In this document: piece by piece, positions 24,915 to 33,260 of the stretch
How the letters are laid out: every line of letters starts with the position of its first letter
How positions within the stretch are numbered: position 1 is the stretch's first letter
From: a virus
Lineage: Duplodnaviria; Caudoviricetes
DNA: 33,260 nucleotides
IMG/VR virus record: IMGVR_UViG_3300023256_000001
Location: 1-33,260 of that record
Direction: 5' to 3' (one strand)
Notes under the pieces: generated by a model
Seen by the model: only the letters and a program-made list of their open reading frames with translations
What the model was told of the DNA's origin: nothing
Database searches by the model: none
Made by a program: the position numbers and the translations under genes

Positions 24915-25265
24915 CTAGTTGTCTAATAGAGAAACTCTCCACTCCTTATACTCTTTGATACCATGTCTCATTTTCCATCTAGTCCACCTGAGTCCCTTTT
25001 TGATTTGCACCTTGACCCATCTACGGTTAACAGGTTCTAGCTCTCTATGAAACAACATGAAACAAAAGAAAACAACAAAAACAAAAGGAGAGATAATAGT
25101 AGCTAAAGACCACTCTACACTAATTACTTCATCTTTCCTACAATTATAACCCCAATATGGTAGCTCTTCACAATAAATAGGACTAGAACCAATTATAAAA
25201 AAAGTATAAAAAAATATGACAAGCATGCTGATGCAAACATACTTGTCTGTTTTAGCTTGTCTCAT
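24915..25265 (-). CDS. 2-TM membrane protein
   Basis: Two hydrophobic helices; ATGA overlap. Confidence 0.68.
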   Translation of the reverse strand: MRQAKTDKYVCISMLVIFFYTFFIIGSSPIYCEELPYWGYNCRKDEVISVEWSLATIISPFVFVVFFCFMLFHRELEPVNRRWVKVQIKKGLRWTRWKMRHGIKEYKEWRVSLLDN

Positions 25266-25744
25266 GTTCTAATTTTTAGAGCTTCACCGTCATCTTCAAT
25301 GACTTCACCAGTAAACCTATGTGTATAGGTCTCTCTTATTCCCTCTCTCCACTGATTCAACAGACTTTGCCTTGTTATCAATATTTTAATAAGTTTTTTC
25401 CCAGTTTTTCCCATTTTTGCCTTGACCATATCTTCAGCAATAAAATAATCTTTATTCATCCATACGGTCAGCTCTGTTGTAGTTTCATCCATCACCCTTA
25501 TGTCATAGGTCATTATGTTGTCGATATTGTCAACAATCTCTATAGCTCTCCCCATTATCATCTCTTTCTGTATCTGAATGTTTTTAGACCAGTTTACCAT
25601 TTTATTGAGATGTCCTCCCTTCTCAAGTTTTTCATATACCTTTTTTGCTGATAAAACAAGAGACCATCTGTAAGAGTTCCAGTCAGCTTCCAGCATCTTA
25701 TTTTTTATTTCATCCATGTCCTGTAAGATATATTTAACCTTCAT
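25262..25744 (-). CDS. Hypothetical protein
   Basis: ORF track; operon packing. Confidence 0.72.
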   Translation of the reverse strand: MKVKYILQDMDEIKNKMLEADWNSYRWSLVLSAKKVYEKLEKGGHLNKMVNWSKNIQIQKEMIMGRAIEIVDNIDNIMTYDIRVMDETTTELTVWMNKDYFIAEDMVKAKMGKTGKKLIKILITRQSLLNQWREGIRETYTHRFTGEVIEDDGEALKIRT

Positions 25745-26102
25745 TTACCCAAATCCCCCTGTAGGTTACATATCCTTTTCCTTTGAACAGCTCCTCCATC
25801 TCTTTCTTCTTAGCTTCAGCTACTACATCAAGATTGCCTAGTTCCTTGACCTGAGCATCATAGAGTTCTTTTGTATGTGGTCTGTCATACAAATCATTAG
25901 GTAGCTCTGCAACACCACAGCTATCTTTGTATGTAATGATAGTAACTTCTCCATCATCAACATATCTAGTGGATATGACAACATCAACAGACATTGTGGT
26001 TTCACTCCTGTAGTTCAACTGACCAATGAAGATAGGAGTATCAGCTTCTTTTTCCTTGAACATTACAAAGAAATCTTCTAGCTCCTCAATCTCAAGATGC
26101 AT
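25734..26102 (-). CDS. Hypothetical acidic protein
   Basis: Likely start MHLEIEE at 26102 with AGGAG SD (track extends to 26267). Confidence 0.7.
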   Translation of the reverse strand: MHLEIEELEDFFVMFKEKEADTPIFIGQLNYRSETTMSVDVVISTRYVDDGEVTIITYKDSCGVAELPNDLYDRPHTKELYDAQVKELGNLDVVAEAKKKEMEELFKGKGYVTYRGIWVNEG

Positions 26103-26103
26103 A

Positions 26104-26328
26104 CTATTTCTCCTTTTTCTTAGGGATAATGGAAGGGGTGTCAGTGTCCCCTTCCTTTGGTAGTGTTGTTTGCACATCTTTTTCAGCAGAAATATGCTGT
26201 TCTTTTTCTGCTGGCACAGATGGAGAGATTGTTTCATCCCATACCTTGACTTTAATCCTAGTTGCACATTTTGGACATTCGATTGTTTCGTCTACCTTAT
26301 ATTTTTGCTTTCTTGGTCTTTTTTCCAT
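26104..26328 (-). CDS. Small protein with a CPKC motif
   Basis: ECPKCATRIKV; GGAGG SD. Confidence 0.68.
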   Translation of the reverse strand: MEKRPRKQKYKVDETIECPKCATRIKVKVWDETISPSVPAEKEQHISAEKDVQTTLPKEGDTDTPSIIPKKKEK

Positions 26329-26494
26329 TATCTTTTTCCTCCAATTTTATTCCTTGTTTTATCTCTTCTGTAAAATTTACAACTTCCAACAACCTATTTT
26401 GAAAAACAGTTAAAGATGATTTAAAAAGTATTTTTGCTGAATCATCTAGCTTGTTTATTTCTTCCAGCATAGCTTCTGTTTTTTCATCAACCAT
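26297..26494 (-). CDS. Small helical protein
   Basis: ORF track. Confidence 0.6.
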   Translation of the reverse strand: MVDEKTEAMLEEINKLDDSAKILFKSSLTVFQNRLLEVVNFTEEIKQGIKLEEKDNGKKTKKAKI

Positions 26495-26503
26495 GATATT
26501 TTC

Positions 26504-26863
26504 CTACTCTATTTTTGTCAGTCCTAGATGCTCAAAACCTACTCTTATGTGATAGATAAACAACCATGCCATGTTCTCATAATCAGGTTCAAAGAACAGT
26601 TTGGGTTCTAGTACAAAAGGAATCCAGAGCTTGAACTGAGCTTCTAATGGTGTTTCATCCATCTTAGGACTAATCTGATTCCATAGCTCACATGCAATAG
26701 AAATCATGCTCACATGACTCTCTCTGCTTTCCTGATTCTTAATATATGCTTTTCTGACAGTGATTGCAATATCCGACATTAGTTTAAATCTTTCTAAAAG
26801 ATAATCCTTGTATGAAGATTCTGATGCTTGCTCAGTGGTGTCCTCATAACCGTCTTGCTCCAT
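26504..26863 (-). CDS. Hypothetical protein
   Basis: ORF track; GAGGT SD. Confidence 0.7.
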   Translation of the reverse strand: MEQDGYEDTTEQASESSYKDYLLERFKLMSDIAITVRKAYIKNQESRESHVSMISIACELWNQISPKMDETPLEAQFKLWIPFVLEPKLFFEPDYENMAWLFIYHIRVGFEHLGLTKIE

Positions 26864-26865
26864 TA

Positions 26866-27144
26866 TTACCTCTCATTCAGTTTAAAATAATGAAGTAATC
26901 TGGTAAATATATAATCAATAAATGCAATAACTGTTAAGACACCAAACATAATTGAAAGAAACAACAGACCAAGCACAGTCTCAATGGTTAAAACTATACC
27001 AAGATAAACAAATAATATGAATCCACAATACAAAATTATAAATCCATACTTTCTTTTTTTAATTACCTTCTCCAGCTCACTCAGAGACATCTCTTCTCTT
27101 TGTTTCCGTTTCTCCTTGTATCTATCAACTATCTTTTTAAACAT
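26866..27144 (-). CDS. 2-TM membrane protein
   Basis: Hydrophobic hairpin; GGAGGT SD. Confidence 0.7.
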   Translation of the reverse strand: MFKKIVDRYKEKRKQREEMSLSELEKVIKKRKYGFIILYCGFILFVYLGIVLTIETVLGLLFLSIMFGVLTVIAFIDYIFTRLLHYFKLNER

Positions 27145-27153
27145 GATACCTCC

Positions 27154-28125
27154 CTATGGTGGTGTAAGAGATAGTCCATTCAACAGAGATACTATATGAT
27201 TGAGTTTTCCTTCCAGCATGGGTATAGTTGTCTCTTTCATCTCAGCAAAATCCATATATGTCTGCATTGAAAGAGCAAAAGTGATTCCAGTAATACAAAT
27301 CAAAATTATGTAGAACATGGTCATCTGCTTTTTGAAAAAAAGGTTTTTAGTAATCTGGTTGTTGATGTAACCCAATAATAAAGCACCTGCTTGCTGAGGG
27401 TTTGTCTTAGACTTCTCCTCATGGAATCTCAAAGGAATCATTGTCTCAGGGTCTAAGAATAATGCTGGCACATTACTAGGTAGAGTCACAATGTTTGCAT
27501 CTTCAATTCCAGCATGTTCTATCTTATCTCCATTAATATCCAGATAATATACTCCATCTTTATCTATCAACCACATCTTAGTCTCATGGATAATCACATC
27601 ATCATCAAGATTCTTGATTCTTGTAGTTATCCTTTTTCCTCCCTTATGGACAAAATAGATGATACCATAGTTCTTATGCCTTGTTTTCCTCATTATCTTA
27701 CATCTCATGTAAGGGTCAAGAAAGAACCATCCTAGTATCAGACCAAGAGGTAGAAAACACATCATACCAAATAACCACATGAGCAGACCAAGACCTGAGC
27801 TGAAATCACTTACCATCTGATACAAAAATATTATACCAACTATCCCCAGTACAGACAACCACATGATAGCTTTGTCCCAGTCAAGTCTATTTTTCTCTTT
27901 TATGACCTTGACCGACTGAATGTTATCTTTATCAGGTTGTTTTATCACTGGGTCATAATCTACTGTCTTATCAGGTTGCTTAACTGGTGGTGCTTGCTTA
28001 ATAGGTTGCTTAACTGGTGGTGCTTGCCTTTCAGAAAACATGTCATCAACAACAGCTCCAACCTCTTCTTTAGTCAATTCTTTTTTCTTTTTTTCTACTT
28101 CTCTTTTTGAAAAAGGGTTTACCAT
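27154..28125 (-). CDS. 3-TM membrane protein, probable virion assembly factor
   Basis: Two N-proximal TMs, soluble domain, C-terminal TM; QAPPVKQP tandem (25-bp DNA duplication 27973-27997 / 28003-28027). Confidence 0.72.
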   Translation of the reverse strand: MVNPFSKREVEKKKKELTKEEVGAVVDDMFSERQAPPVKQPIKQAPPVKQPDKTVDYDPVIKQPDKDNIQSVKVIKEKNRLDWDKAIMWLSVLGIVGIIFLYQMVSDFSSGLGLLMWLFGMMCFLPLGLILGWFFLDPYMRCKIMRKTRHKNYGIIYFVHKGGKRITTRIKNLDDDVIIHETKMWLIDKDGVYYLDINGDKIEHAGIEDANIVTLPSNVPALFLDPETMIPLRFHEEKSKTNPQQAGALLLGYINNQITKNLFFKKQMTMFYIILICITGITFALSMQTYMDFAEMKETTIPMLEGKLNHIVSLLNGLSLTPP

Positions 28126-28141
28126 ATATTCATCTCCTCAA

Positions 28142-28687
28142 CTATCCATAAATACCTTCATCTTCCTCAGTTGGTATCACATAATCAATCGGTTCTTTCT
28201 GTTTTTTCTTCCTATTAAACAACCCAAATCCTTTCTTACCACCACTCCCCATAGGGACATGAAATGCTTGATAAGACCTTTCAATACCATCAATGTTACA
28301 AGTGCTTCTTATCTCAGATTTAAAAGCTGTCCACAGAGGGTCAAATACAACCTTCATAACAGGGTCATTTATTGCACATGCCAAAAGATTAGTCAACAGC
28401 ATGACATCCATCTGATAAAACTTCAATGACTTTTCATCTTTAATGTTACCTAGAAGTATCTGAGGGTCAGCTATGATGTCAAAACCTTCCTTCTCCATCT
28501 TCCTACTTCTATTATTAATTAGAGTATATGCATGTCCAAACTGGTCATGTGGAAGCTGAGATAACATCTGCTGGTCTTGAGTATAATTGCTAAAACCAGT
28601 ATTCTTAATGTTATTATATCTCTCATTTACCTCTTCAAAAATAGTTTTTATTTTGTCTACTTTAGGTTTCTCCTCGACACCTTCCAT
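28142..28687 (-). CDS. Hypothetical protein of morphogenesis operon
   Basis: ORF track. Confidence 0.72.
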   Translation of the reverse strand: MEGVEEKPKVDKIKTIFEEVNERYNNIKNTGFSNYTQDQQMLSQLPHDQFGHAYTLINNRSRKMEKEGFDIIADPQILLGNIKDEKSLKFYQMDVMLLTNLLACAINDPVMKVVFDPLWTAFKSEIRSTCNIDGIERSYQAFHVPMGSGGKKGFGLFNRKKKQKEPIDYVIPTEEDEGIYG

Positions 28688-28726
28688 ATATTAAGTAATC
28701 AAAAAATGTGTATTTATACCTTTGTC

Positions 28727-29050
28727 TTATCCTGTTTTCTTCTTAGCAGTTGCACTAAGCCAACATAGATAAAAACCTATAAGAATGAATGGTAGACCCC
28801 ACATGGTAGAATAGCTACTCAATGGTGGTGTAACTGTATTATATTGATAGGTAATAACTTGATTTCCTACCTCTCCCATTACAGTCATTCCAGACTGAAT
28901 CTGAATCCCATCTAGTATAATATAAATCCCTAAAAATAGAATCCAGATACCAGCAATAAAACCAAAAACAACCCCTCTCTTATCAATGCTTGACATAATA
29001 AGTAGAATCACCCATAGGACTAACCACAATAGTATGAGCATCTCATTCAT
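28727..29050 (-). CDS. 3-TM membrane protein
   Basis: Three hydrophobic helices; directly downstream of the MCP. Confidence 0.72.
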   Translation of the reverse strand: MNEMLILLWLVLWVILLIMSSIDKRGVVFGFIAGIWILFLGIYIILDGIQIQSGMTVMGEVGNQVITYQYNTVTPPLSSYSTMWGLPFILIGFYLCWLSATAKKKTG

Positions 29051-29135
29051 ATTTTACCTGACCTGTAATCTTATCACCAGTATTTATAATTTTAAAAAAA
29101 AGAAAGAAGGTGGTGTATTATATCTCAGAGTGTCC

Positions 29136-29351
29136 CTAGAAACCTCTTGCAATCATAATGAGAGCTAAAAGTCCTAAGAAAGTTGGTATAACTGACAAAA
29201 CAGTGTTAGGTATACCAGTAATGTTAGATGAATCAAGAACATCTTGTATAGTTGGGATAGCTACTGCCGATATGACAATGACCACAACCACAATGGATAT
29301 AACAAAATCTACGGGGTTGACCGCCCCTTTAAATCCGTTTTTACTAAACAT
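29136..29351 (-). CDS. Major coat protein, spindle-shaped virus (SSV1 VP1/His1-like), class III signal peptide
   Basis: KG/AVNPVDFVISIVVVVIVISAVAIPTIQDVLDSSNITGIPNTVLSVIPTFLGLLALIMIAR: two hydrophobic helices, P in helix 1, N-I-T sequon in the turn, TG..T.L...P.F pattern; very strong SD GAGGAGGT, own promoter, long U-tract after. Confidence 0.85.
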   Translation of the reverse strand: MFSKNGFKGAVNPVDFVISIVVVVIVISAVAIPTIQDVLDSSNITGIPNTVLSVIPTFLGLLALIMIARGF

Positions 29352-29457
29352 TGGTTTTCTACCTCCTCTTCAATTACTGTCTCTTTTATTTACATGTGTT
29401 AAATCGCCAAAGCTCACATGCTTTGCAAAGATTCTATGAAGGTAGATATTTCTGTGA

Positions 29458-29474
29458 TATTATATAAACCCTAA
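29458..29474 (-). promoter_or_regulatory. Shared viral promoter motif (copy 3), upstream of the MCP
   Basis: TTAGGGTTTATATAATA; 16/17 identical to the other copies and shares the AATGT extension with copy 2. Confidence 0.7.
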
Positions 29475-29478
29475 ACAT

Positions 29479-29964
29479 TCATTCTTTGTTTTTTTCATTC
29501 CTGTGGTAACTGATATGACAACCCCTACAAAAGAAATAGATGAAGAAAGGCATATCATAGTTCTCATGGTGACACATTGTAGCTGGTTTTTCACATAAAG
29601 CACAGTCCTCCATGATGAAAGGTGTTTTGCTTCCATGTACTACAACATTTAGTTTCATTCTTGCAGTTTCTTCTTTTTTATGATTGTTTCTGTAGTTCGC
29701 ATGTTCTTTATTTATGTGTTCTTTGTTTTCTTGATGATGTTCTTTATTATATTCTCTTTTTTTCTCTCTGTTTTTTTCCCTGTATATTTTGTCTGATGCT
29801 TTGTTCTTTTCTGGATTTTCTTCTTTCCAATTTTTAGTTTTTGCATTTATATGTTCTTTGTTTTTTAGATAATGTAAATGTAGTCTTAGTTTTTCTTTTT
29901 CTTTATTTTTTTGATAATATTCTCTTTGTTTCTCTCTATGTTTTTCTTTATCTTTATATGGCAT
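29479..29964 (-). CDS. HNH-like endonuclease with Lys/Glu-rich N-terminal repeats
   Basis: CALC...CHHENYDMP...FCRGCHISYH; repeated Y..KNKE units. Confidence 0.75.
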   Translation of the reverse strand: MPYKDKEKHREKQREYYQKNKEKEKLRLHLHYLKNKEHINAKTKNWKEENPEKNKASDKIYREKNREKKREYNKEHHQENKEHINKEHANYRNNHKKEETARMKLNVVVHGSKTPFIMEDCALCEKPATMCHHENYDMPFFIYFFCRGCHISYHRNEKNKE

Positions 29965-30000
29965 AATTATCTAAAAATATATATTATTATTTAGTATTTA

Positions 30001-30327
30001 TTATTTTGTATCTTTTTTTTTAATGTGTATTATGTAGTTTTTTCTAGTGACCCATTTCATTTCTATTAGTTGATTCAATAGTTCTCTTGATTCAGCTCTT
30101 GAATATCTTATATAAAAGATTAATGACTTGGTTATTTTATTTACTTTAGATTCTATCAAATAAGCATCATGTAGCTCTTTTCTGATGTTCTCTAGGCATT
30201 CTGTGGTGATTCTAATGTTCTCTACTAGAGCAAAAAACTCACTAAGTAAAATTCTTTTAGAAGTTCTCTCTTGCAATAAAGCATATATTTTATCATGGAT
30301 AGGTAAAGGATTGGTCTCCTCTTCCAT
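30001..30327 (-). CDS. Hypothetical protein, possible wHTH
   Basis: ORF track; GGAGGT SD. Confidence 0.65.
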   Translation of the reverse strand: MEEETNPLPIHDKIYALLQERTSKRILLSEFFALVENIRITTECLENIRKELHDAYLIESKVNKITKSLIFYIRYSRAESRELLNQLIEMKWVTRKNYIIHIKKKDTK

Positions 30328-30337
30328 ATCTTACCTC

Positions 30338-30634
30338 CTATCTTCTGACCCACTTTATCAATGCCATTCCAATCATTAATCCCACCATGACAGCTACAAC
30401 TATCTTCAAAGGTGGAATATAGATGAACACTAAAGCTAATGTTGGCATCATAATTACAACAACAGCTTCAAAGGGGAGATATAATACTAGAGCAAACATC
30501 AGAAAGAAAAGCAATATGATTAATCCCATCATAGCTGGTTCTCCAATCAGGTCAGTACCCATGTCTGCGAAAGGTTGAGTGATACTAGACCAGTTCACAG
30601 CAAGTACAATCCATGATAGAATATTTCCTAACAT
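30338..30634 (-). CDS. Small multi-TM virion membrane protein
   Basis: Highly hydrophobic; abuts the upstream gene. Confidence 0.75.
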   Translation of the reverse strand: MLGNILSWIVLAVNWSSITQPFADMGTDLIGEPAMMGLIILLFFLMFALVLYLPFEAVVVIMMPTLALVFIYIPPLKIVVAVMVGLMIGMALIKWVRR

Positions 30635-31105
30635 CTAGTCCCTCCCCATGACAAAACTGATTGTAGTCAAAATCAACAGCACATTAAACACAATAACAAG
30701 CAATACATTCACCTCAAAAGGTAAACCTTCTGCTCCAGTTGTAGTAAACACAGGAAAAAACATAATGTTGCAAATCATATTCAAAATGAAAACAGGAATT
30801 GCAATAGATAAAATGCTTTGACCTATATATCCAGCACCAGCAAATCCAGTAATCACAGCTCCAGCTAAAGACAAACCCATAAATGCAAGACCAATCTCAG
30901 AAAAAACACTTTGCCTAATATCTTCCAACAGGTCTCCAGCAGTATAAGGTTTTACATCTTCCAGTGATTCAACATCTTCATTCTCACCTAGTACCTCAGT
31001 TGAAGCATATTGTAAGATTGGACTTGTAAAACCAAATAGATACATGCCAATTATCAGACCTAAGAGAATCATAGCAAATACGGTTACACTCCCTTTCATT
31101 TTCAT
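30635..31105 (-). CDS. Multi-TM membrane protein with possible class III leader (MKMKG/S)
   Basis: Four hydrophobic segments; TAATG overlap with the adhesin gene. Confidence 0.72.
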   Translation of the reverse strand: MKMKGSVTVFAMILLGLIIGMYLFGFTSPILQYASTEVLGENEDVESLEDVKPYTAGDLLEDIRQSVFSEIGLAFMGLSLAGAVITGFAGAGYIGQSILSIAIPVFILNMICNIMFFPVFTTTGAEGLPFEVNVLLVIVFNVLLILTTISFVMGRD

Positions 31106-33260
31106 TATCTACCTCTCATTAAATAAATCAATACCACATAAATAATGGTTGTTGAAAGCATTATCCACCATGCACTAATACCACCGATAATCATATCTGG
31201 TTTCAATGTAAACATTATCCCCATGACAATAATTCCACCTACTCCTATCATAGCACCAGCTCCAAACTTAGCTAAGAACCCCATGACAACCAGCATGAGT
31301 ACAATGGTTATTATCAACCACATTTCATCAGGGATTTCATCTACCCTCTCTATGACATTCTGGTAAATCCAATATTCTCTGCATCCATCTTCAGTTCCAA
31401 AAATATACATTGGAAAACCTACTTTTTTTAATGCACAGACAAAGGCATATCTACCAGATTTGTTGGTTGTTAAATAGTTGATAGAACCTCCAGAGCTTGT
31501 CGATTGATTGTCTGAATATAGAAGTTGCCAACCTATAGTTACATTATTAGCATCAAGAGTTGAATTATAATAATAAACACTAGCAGAAAACCATGCTATT
31601 TGATTATCAATACTTGAAATATTGTAAAACAAATTAAGTGGTTCTTCATGCTGATAATCAACTGGTTCTATACTCCAAGTAATATTATGAAAAATACTAT
31701 ATTCAACATCAGGAATAGAACCACTGAATAATAATTTGAAAGTATGAGTCCTAATCTCAGTATCAGTTACAATGTCTGCAATCTCAGTCAAATACCCATC
31801 TTTAGTAATGACTATCTTGTACTGTTCTCCATCCATAAGATAGATTTCTGTAGTACCCTGAGCTGATGTATACAGAGATGATACTTGCTGAAACTCCCCT
31901 CCAATGTATCTTTTGATGTTCATGTAGGCATTCTGGACAGGTTGATTAAATTCATCAATGACATTCAACTGATAAAGACTACTTCCCTCAGTAGGTGGTA
32001 AAAAGGTGTTCATACCGTAATAGCTTCCCTCTATCACATCTCTATAATATATTCTTGTCCTATATTCATCATGCAGATATGTTACTATTATCTTATCAAA
32101 TACAGGAGATGCATCAGGAAGTATTGTAATAATATCTCCCTCAAGTGTAAAAGGTGGATAATAAGGAGTTGCACCATCCCATGTTGAAACATTTGTTGTT
32201 GATTTACCTCTAGGGTCTGTCTGAAACACAACATAAGTAATTGTCTCATTTTCAATAGCTGAATACCCTGTGAATGTTTCACCCTTCTCTGAATAATTCT
32301 GAGATGCACTAAAAACAAATCTTATCTTGTCCCCTAACGGAAGCTGTGATATATTCAAAACATGTGGATTTGTATTATTTCTGCTCTCATAAGTCTGAGA
32401 CCCATCCTGATTGAATATTTCAATATCAAATTCAAGACTTTCATTTGTTACTTCATCAAAACAATTAGTGACCATTCCACCTATTGAGAAATTTTCTTGG
32501 TCACTATAAGTTCCATTTGCATGACTCCACATGGCATAATAATAGCTCCCTTCCACATATGCAACATTTTTTTGTTCTCCTGTGTAATTATATAATTCAT
32601 CTCCATCAGTAACAGATGTTGGATAACTGTCAACTTTTCTTCTTACAACTGTTGAATCAGCACCAGTCCCCTTAGTCCATGTTACCAATAATGAGAAATT
32701 TTCTTGTATTGCAGAGTCAATATTTGTTGGTGGACATGGATTAAAAACTATATTTGATGTTGTATTATTATCTGAATGTTTATCCCCTGTCCAACTCCAT
32801 GCCTTATAAAATTGATAATTACCCCATCCTGTATCATCATCATAAGTAGTTCCTGTATCATTATAGATAAGAGTTCCATCTTCAATGTTCTCTGGATAAG
32901 AATTTGGTTTCCTTACAATTACCGTCTTATCTGCACCTGTTCCCTTAGTCCATGCTAAAGTTACAGTACAAACATCAAGAGTGGATGTAAACCCTGTTGG
33001 TTGAGTTGTCTTTGTCCAAAAATCATCTTGTTCATTACTAATTGTAAAAAATGTTGCATTTTTAATCCATGCAGTAACATAATAATGTATCCCCTGTGAT
33101 AAATTATAATCAAAGTGTGTAAAAGTTGTATTTCCCTGTGCATTAACAGTTCCCACACCTGTCATGTTCAAATCAAAATTATCTTTTGTAACAGGATTTG
33201 TCGTTCCAACCCAAAAACCATATTCATATTCTCCAATACCACCTTGATTTATATATCCTG
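31105..33260 (-). CDS. C-terminal part of ~1200-aa glycoprotein/adhesin with FN3-like repeats and C-terminal TM anchor
   Basis: Duplicated WTKGTGAD.TV..RK..SYP....DG...YN.TG modules, many N-x-S/T sequons, three C-terminal TMs; frame is open through the circular junction. Confidence 0.85.
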   Translation of the reverse strand, partial: GYINQGGIGEYEYGFWVGTTNPVTKDNFDLNMTGVGTVNAQGNTTFTHFDYNLSQGIHYYVTAWIKNATFFTISNEQDDFWTKTTQPTGFTSTLDVCTVTLAWTKGTGADKTVIVRKPNSYPENIEDGTLIYNDTGTTYDDDTGWGNYQFYKAWSWTGDKHSDNNTTSNIVFNPCPPTNIDSAIQENFSLLVTWTKGTGADSTVVRRKVDSYPTSVTDGDELYNYTGEQKNVAYVEGSYYYAMWSHANGTYSDQENFSIGGMVTNCFDEVTNESLEFDIEIFNQDGSQTYESRNNTNPHVLNISQLPLGDKIRFVFSASQNYSEKGETFTGYSAIENETITYVVFQTDPRGKSTTNVSTWDGATPYYPPFTLEGDIITILPDASPVFDKIIVTYLHDEYRTRIYYRDVIEGSYYGMNTFLPPTEGSSLYQLNVIDEFNQPVQNAYMNIKRYIGGEFQQVSSLYTSAQGTTEIYLMDGEQYKIVITKDGYLTEIADIVTDTEIRTHTFKLLFSGSIPDVEYSIFHNITWSIEPVDYQHEEPLNLFYNISSIDNQIAWFSASVYYYNSTLDANNVTIGWQLLYSDNQSTSSGGSINYLTTNKSGRYAFVCALKKVGFPMYIFGTEDGCREYWIYQNVIERVDEIPDEMWLIITIVLMLVVMGFLAKFGAGAMIGVGGIIVMGIMFTLKPDMIIGGISAWWIMLSTTIIYVVLIYLMRGR

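Noticed and set aside
33228-33260. Biological terminal repeat of a linear genome
   Set aside because: A 33-bp exact overlap in the middle of a gene is best explained as an assembler k-mer overlap on a circular molecule.

Overview
Apparently complete circular genome (33,227 bp; positions 1-33 are identical to 33228-33260) of an AT-rich archaeal virus, most likely spindle-shaped. Support: a 71-aa two-helix fusellovirus-VP1-like coat protein plus a paralog, a P-loop morphogenesis-type ATPase, a ~1200-aa membrane-anchored Ig/FN3-like glycoprotein spanning the origin, GGTGA/GGAGG Shine-Dalgarno sites and TATA boxes. I recognise no HK97 capsid, portal, terminase or DNA polymerase. Almost all genes are on the minus strand. 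Accessory genes include a tyrosine recombinase, GT-C glycosyltransferase, LicD, LAGLIDADG and HNH nucleases, DUF932-like protein and clusters of small basic proteins. Two things stand out. (1) A ~570-bp non-coding array (6277-6842) of AGT-NN pentamers (minus strand) is split into five units, with tRNA-minihelix-like hairpins at two of the junctions. Read as a gapped code (NN-x-NN-x), one unit matches codon positions 1-2 of the neighbouring viral gene at 20/24 nt, suggesting a non-contiguous RNA-guide system aimed at a related virus; its effector gene seems deleted. (2) A virus-encoded A24 prepilin peptidase co-occurs with class III (KG/) signal peptides on the coat proteins. All family assignments come from motif recognition by eye; no database searches were run.
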